A DNA stretch of 63,144 nucleotides, the filler included, from Octopus bimaculoides (Eukaryota), in the NCBI RefSeq assembly GCF_001194135.2. It is 4 parts of 4 records of this genome, joined end to end, with 100 filler letters (N's around TTAATTAATTAA, not from the genome) between each part and the next. Parts side by side here need not be neighbours in the genome. Positions count along the whole stretch, not along the records: positions 48,042 to 63,144 come from NC_069002.1; 3 more parts are not named here. One strand, 5' to 3'. Each line of letters opens with the position of its first letter. Within the stretch, counting starts at the first letter, position 1. Positions 60,591-63,144 of the stretch are shown here, piece after piece. The notes below the pieces were generated by a model. That model searched no databases. It saw nothing but the letters and a program-made list of their open reading frames with translations, and was not told where the DNA came from. The translations under genes were made by a program, and so were the position numbers.

Positions 60591-63069
60591 ATTAACCTAT
60601 CTTCTATAAATTTCTCATATTGACTTTCGTTTGGTTCGGACATACGTTTTGAATTGCGGTATAGTTCACAACTTGTTGACAATTAAAATTACTTGCTGTA
60701 TGTAACAACCTGACGATTTTTACCCGCACACACACGCACACACACACACACTTCTAGCTGTCGAGTAAAAATATACATGCTCTGGTTTGAAAACAAATTC
60801 AAAATTGAAATTCAGTTTTTTGTTTTTGTTTTTCAGTGGTTTGCGTTTGGGTAAATGAAAAGGGACAGAGACTCGAGCTCATTTTGCCGAGTCTCCAGTA
60901 ATTGAGGAGGCGAAAGAAGGCAGAAACACTGACACACAAGTTACTGGAGTATGAAGTAGCGTATTAATACGTTATCTTGGCCGAAATCCTTGCAGCAGTG
61001 TTGACTCTTAAAAACACCAGATTACCATAAAGTGGGTGTCAAAAAAAATATCATATGCAGCAAAAATACAAATTAAAACCACCCACGGACTGGGTGGTGG
61101 CCTTTCACCAGATATTATATGAGGTCACTCATCCACGCTAGAAGCGCTTAATGATTACAGGATGGTATTAAAACGGATAGCTTCTTATGCCTACCACCCA
61201 AAACCAAGAGCACCCAAGGACCAAGCAGTGGTTTCGAGGGAGAGAGAGAAAAAGAGATTGAGAGAGAGAGGGGGGAAATGGAGAGAGTGAGTAAGAGAGA
61301 CAAATATAAAGTCAGAGAGGGAGATAGAAAGGATGAGAGCAAGAGAAAAGAAATTGACTGCTACACTTCACTGGTAATGTATTTAACGATCCCAGAAATA
61401 AAAGGCGAAGTAAGTCTAGGAGTGATTAGAACTTGGAATATGGAGAAATGTAAGAAGTTCTAAATAGCATTCAACCGAACGCTCTAACGACTTAGCCAGG
61501 TCATGGTCAAAACGTTCCTGGGAACTTTATAATCATTGGGTGTCGTATTTTGATCTCGCTTAAATACGAATATAATGCGCAGTGGTATTGTTCATGACTT
61601 TTCCAGGAAGTATTTACTTTGAAAGAATATAATAAGCCAAAATTGCTGAAAATAATGTGCAACGGAAAAGGGAGTGGGATGAGGTGGTAGATGAGTTCTT
61701 GTTCGAATAGGAGCTTTTCTACTCGAAATGATCGAACAATTCAGTATATTCGTGATTTCATACTTCGTATCTTCATTTATGTTTTTAAGACTAAATATGA
61801 TGTAGCAAAGATATGAGTTTAGTTAGTGTTAGAGACAGAAGTTTGAGTAGCAGAAATGATGTCAATGCTAAACAAAAATAATAAAAAACAATAACAAAAT
61901 TAAATAAATCAATGTATAAAAACAAAAAAATAAAAAATAACGAAAGAACAAAATCTTTAAAAAATAATAATAAATAAACTAAAAGGAAAGCAAAAAAGAA
62001 AGAAAAAGAAAGATGAATAATTAATAAATAGATGGAGAGTATTGATGGATTGCTGGAAAGATGATTGAGTGAGTGAGTAAGTAAGTAAAAAAAATAGATA
62101 AATAAATAAAAGCTGTGACAGATGTGAGAAAGAAACGAGTGACAATGGAAGGGTGAATGTCTATCTAGAGCAGCAGCAGTAGCAGCAGCAGCAGTTAGTT
62201 GAAGAAAGCTAGAATCACTAAAGTATCTACCAATTCAAAAGTACCAACCTCGAGCGTTCAAAGGTCCCAGGCCGTGGTCCAACAATAACTCTTTGCCCAT
62301 ATGATAGGCTAAAAAAAGACATTAGGGTTCAAGTTTAAGGACAGAAAATATCTGCAGGTTTTCGCAAACGATTGATTTCACTTTTATAAAAAGATTTTTT
62401 TTCTAATAGATTCAGATTAAATGTTTATTTAACATTCTTTTAAATTATTTAGTTAATCATTCCTAATTTATTTAATCAGATTTCTTTCTAAATACAGTAA
62501 ATTAAAAAAATAAAGATTTATTTTTGGTGAACAGAAGTTACATATATTTATATATGTGTGTTTGTCTGCACTTATACATATATTTACGTGCAATGGGTGT
62601 ATGCTTGTGTGTGAATATATATACATATATAAAACGTATTTATGCTTATATTTATGTCATATATATGTGTATATACTTATGTATATGTCTATATACATAC
62701 ACACACATATATATATTATATGCTTATATTCGCATATAACTACCACTGTTCGTTATTTAGCGACTTGCGTCCTTTGTCTTCCTTAATATCACAGATATTA
62801 GGATATTTTTCTTATATTAATTAAATTATTTATCGTAGGAACTAAATACATCAACAATGAACAACAAATACAACCAAATATGTTTCATGTATCACACTTA
62901 TATAAAACACGCACAAAAATGGAGAAAAAAAGCAAAACATTAAAACATAATTGCCAAGTCGAAAGTTTATATATGTATATATATGTGTGTGTGTGAGTTT
63001 GGGTATGTTTTATTTACTTCTACTGCGGCCATGCTGGGTTACCGACATGGTAAGCTGAGATGCATGCAT

Positions 63070-63144
<75 letters not shown>

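Overview
AT-rich, repeat-saturated eukaryotic DNA from a gapped short-read assembly. The SINE repertoire, the (TA/CA/GAT/AAT)n density and the RTE/mariner content look like an Octopus genome; this is an inference from repeat recognition, not a database hit. I found no intact host protein-coding gene: every long ORF is an N-run, a microsatellite or a decayed transposon. The window holds dozens of tRNA-headed SINE copies (local labels B-E and H; label F is an unclassified non-coding repeat) and RTE LINE remnants, whose 3' UTR is the abundant family A repeat. It also contains a Gypsy pol remnant, a pogo remnant, a full-length dead mariner, a DD37D-type fragment, and Tigger-, hAT- and piggyBac-type MITEs. 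Three 100-bp gaps carry an artificial TTAATTAATTAA linker. Best leads: (1) a tRNA-headed SINE carrying a minimal type I hammerhead ribozyme of the Penelope/Sm-alpha kind (two copies, 727-1459); (2) a ~510-bp insertion with head-to-head (TTAGGG)n/(CCCTAA)n arrays that splits a Gypsy integrase HHCC motif; (3) a pre-miRNA-sized hairpin at 58962-59021; (4) a unique island at 50946-51122 readable as a C/D snoRNA or as an exon.
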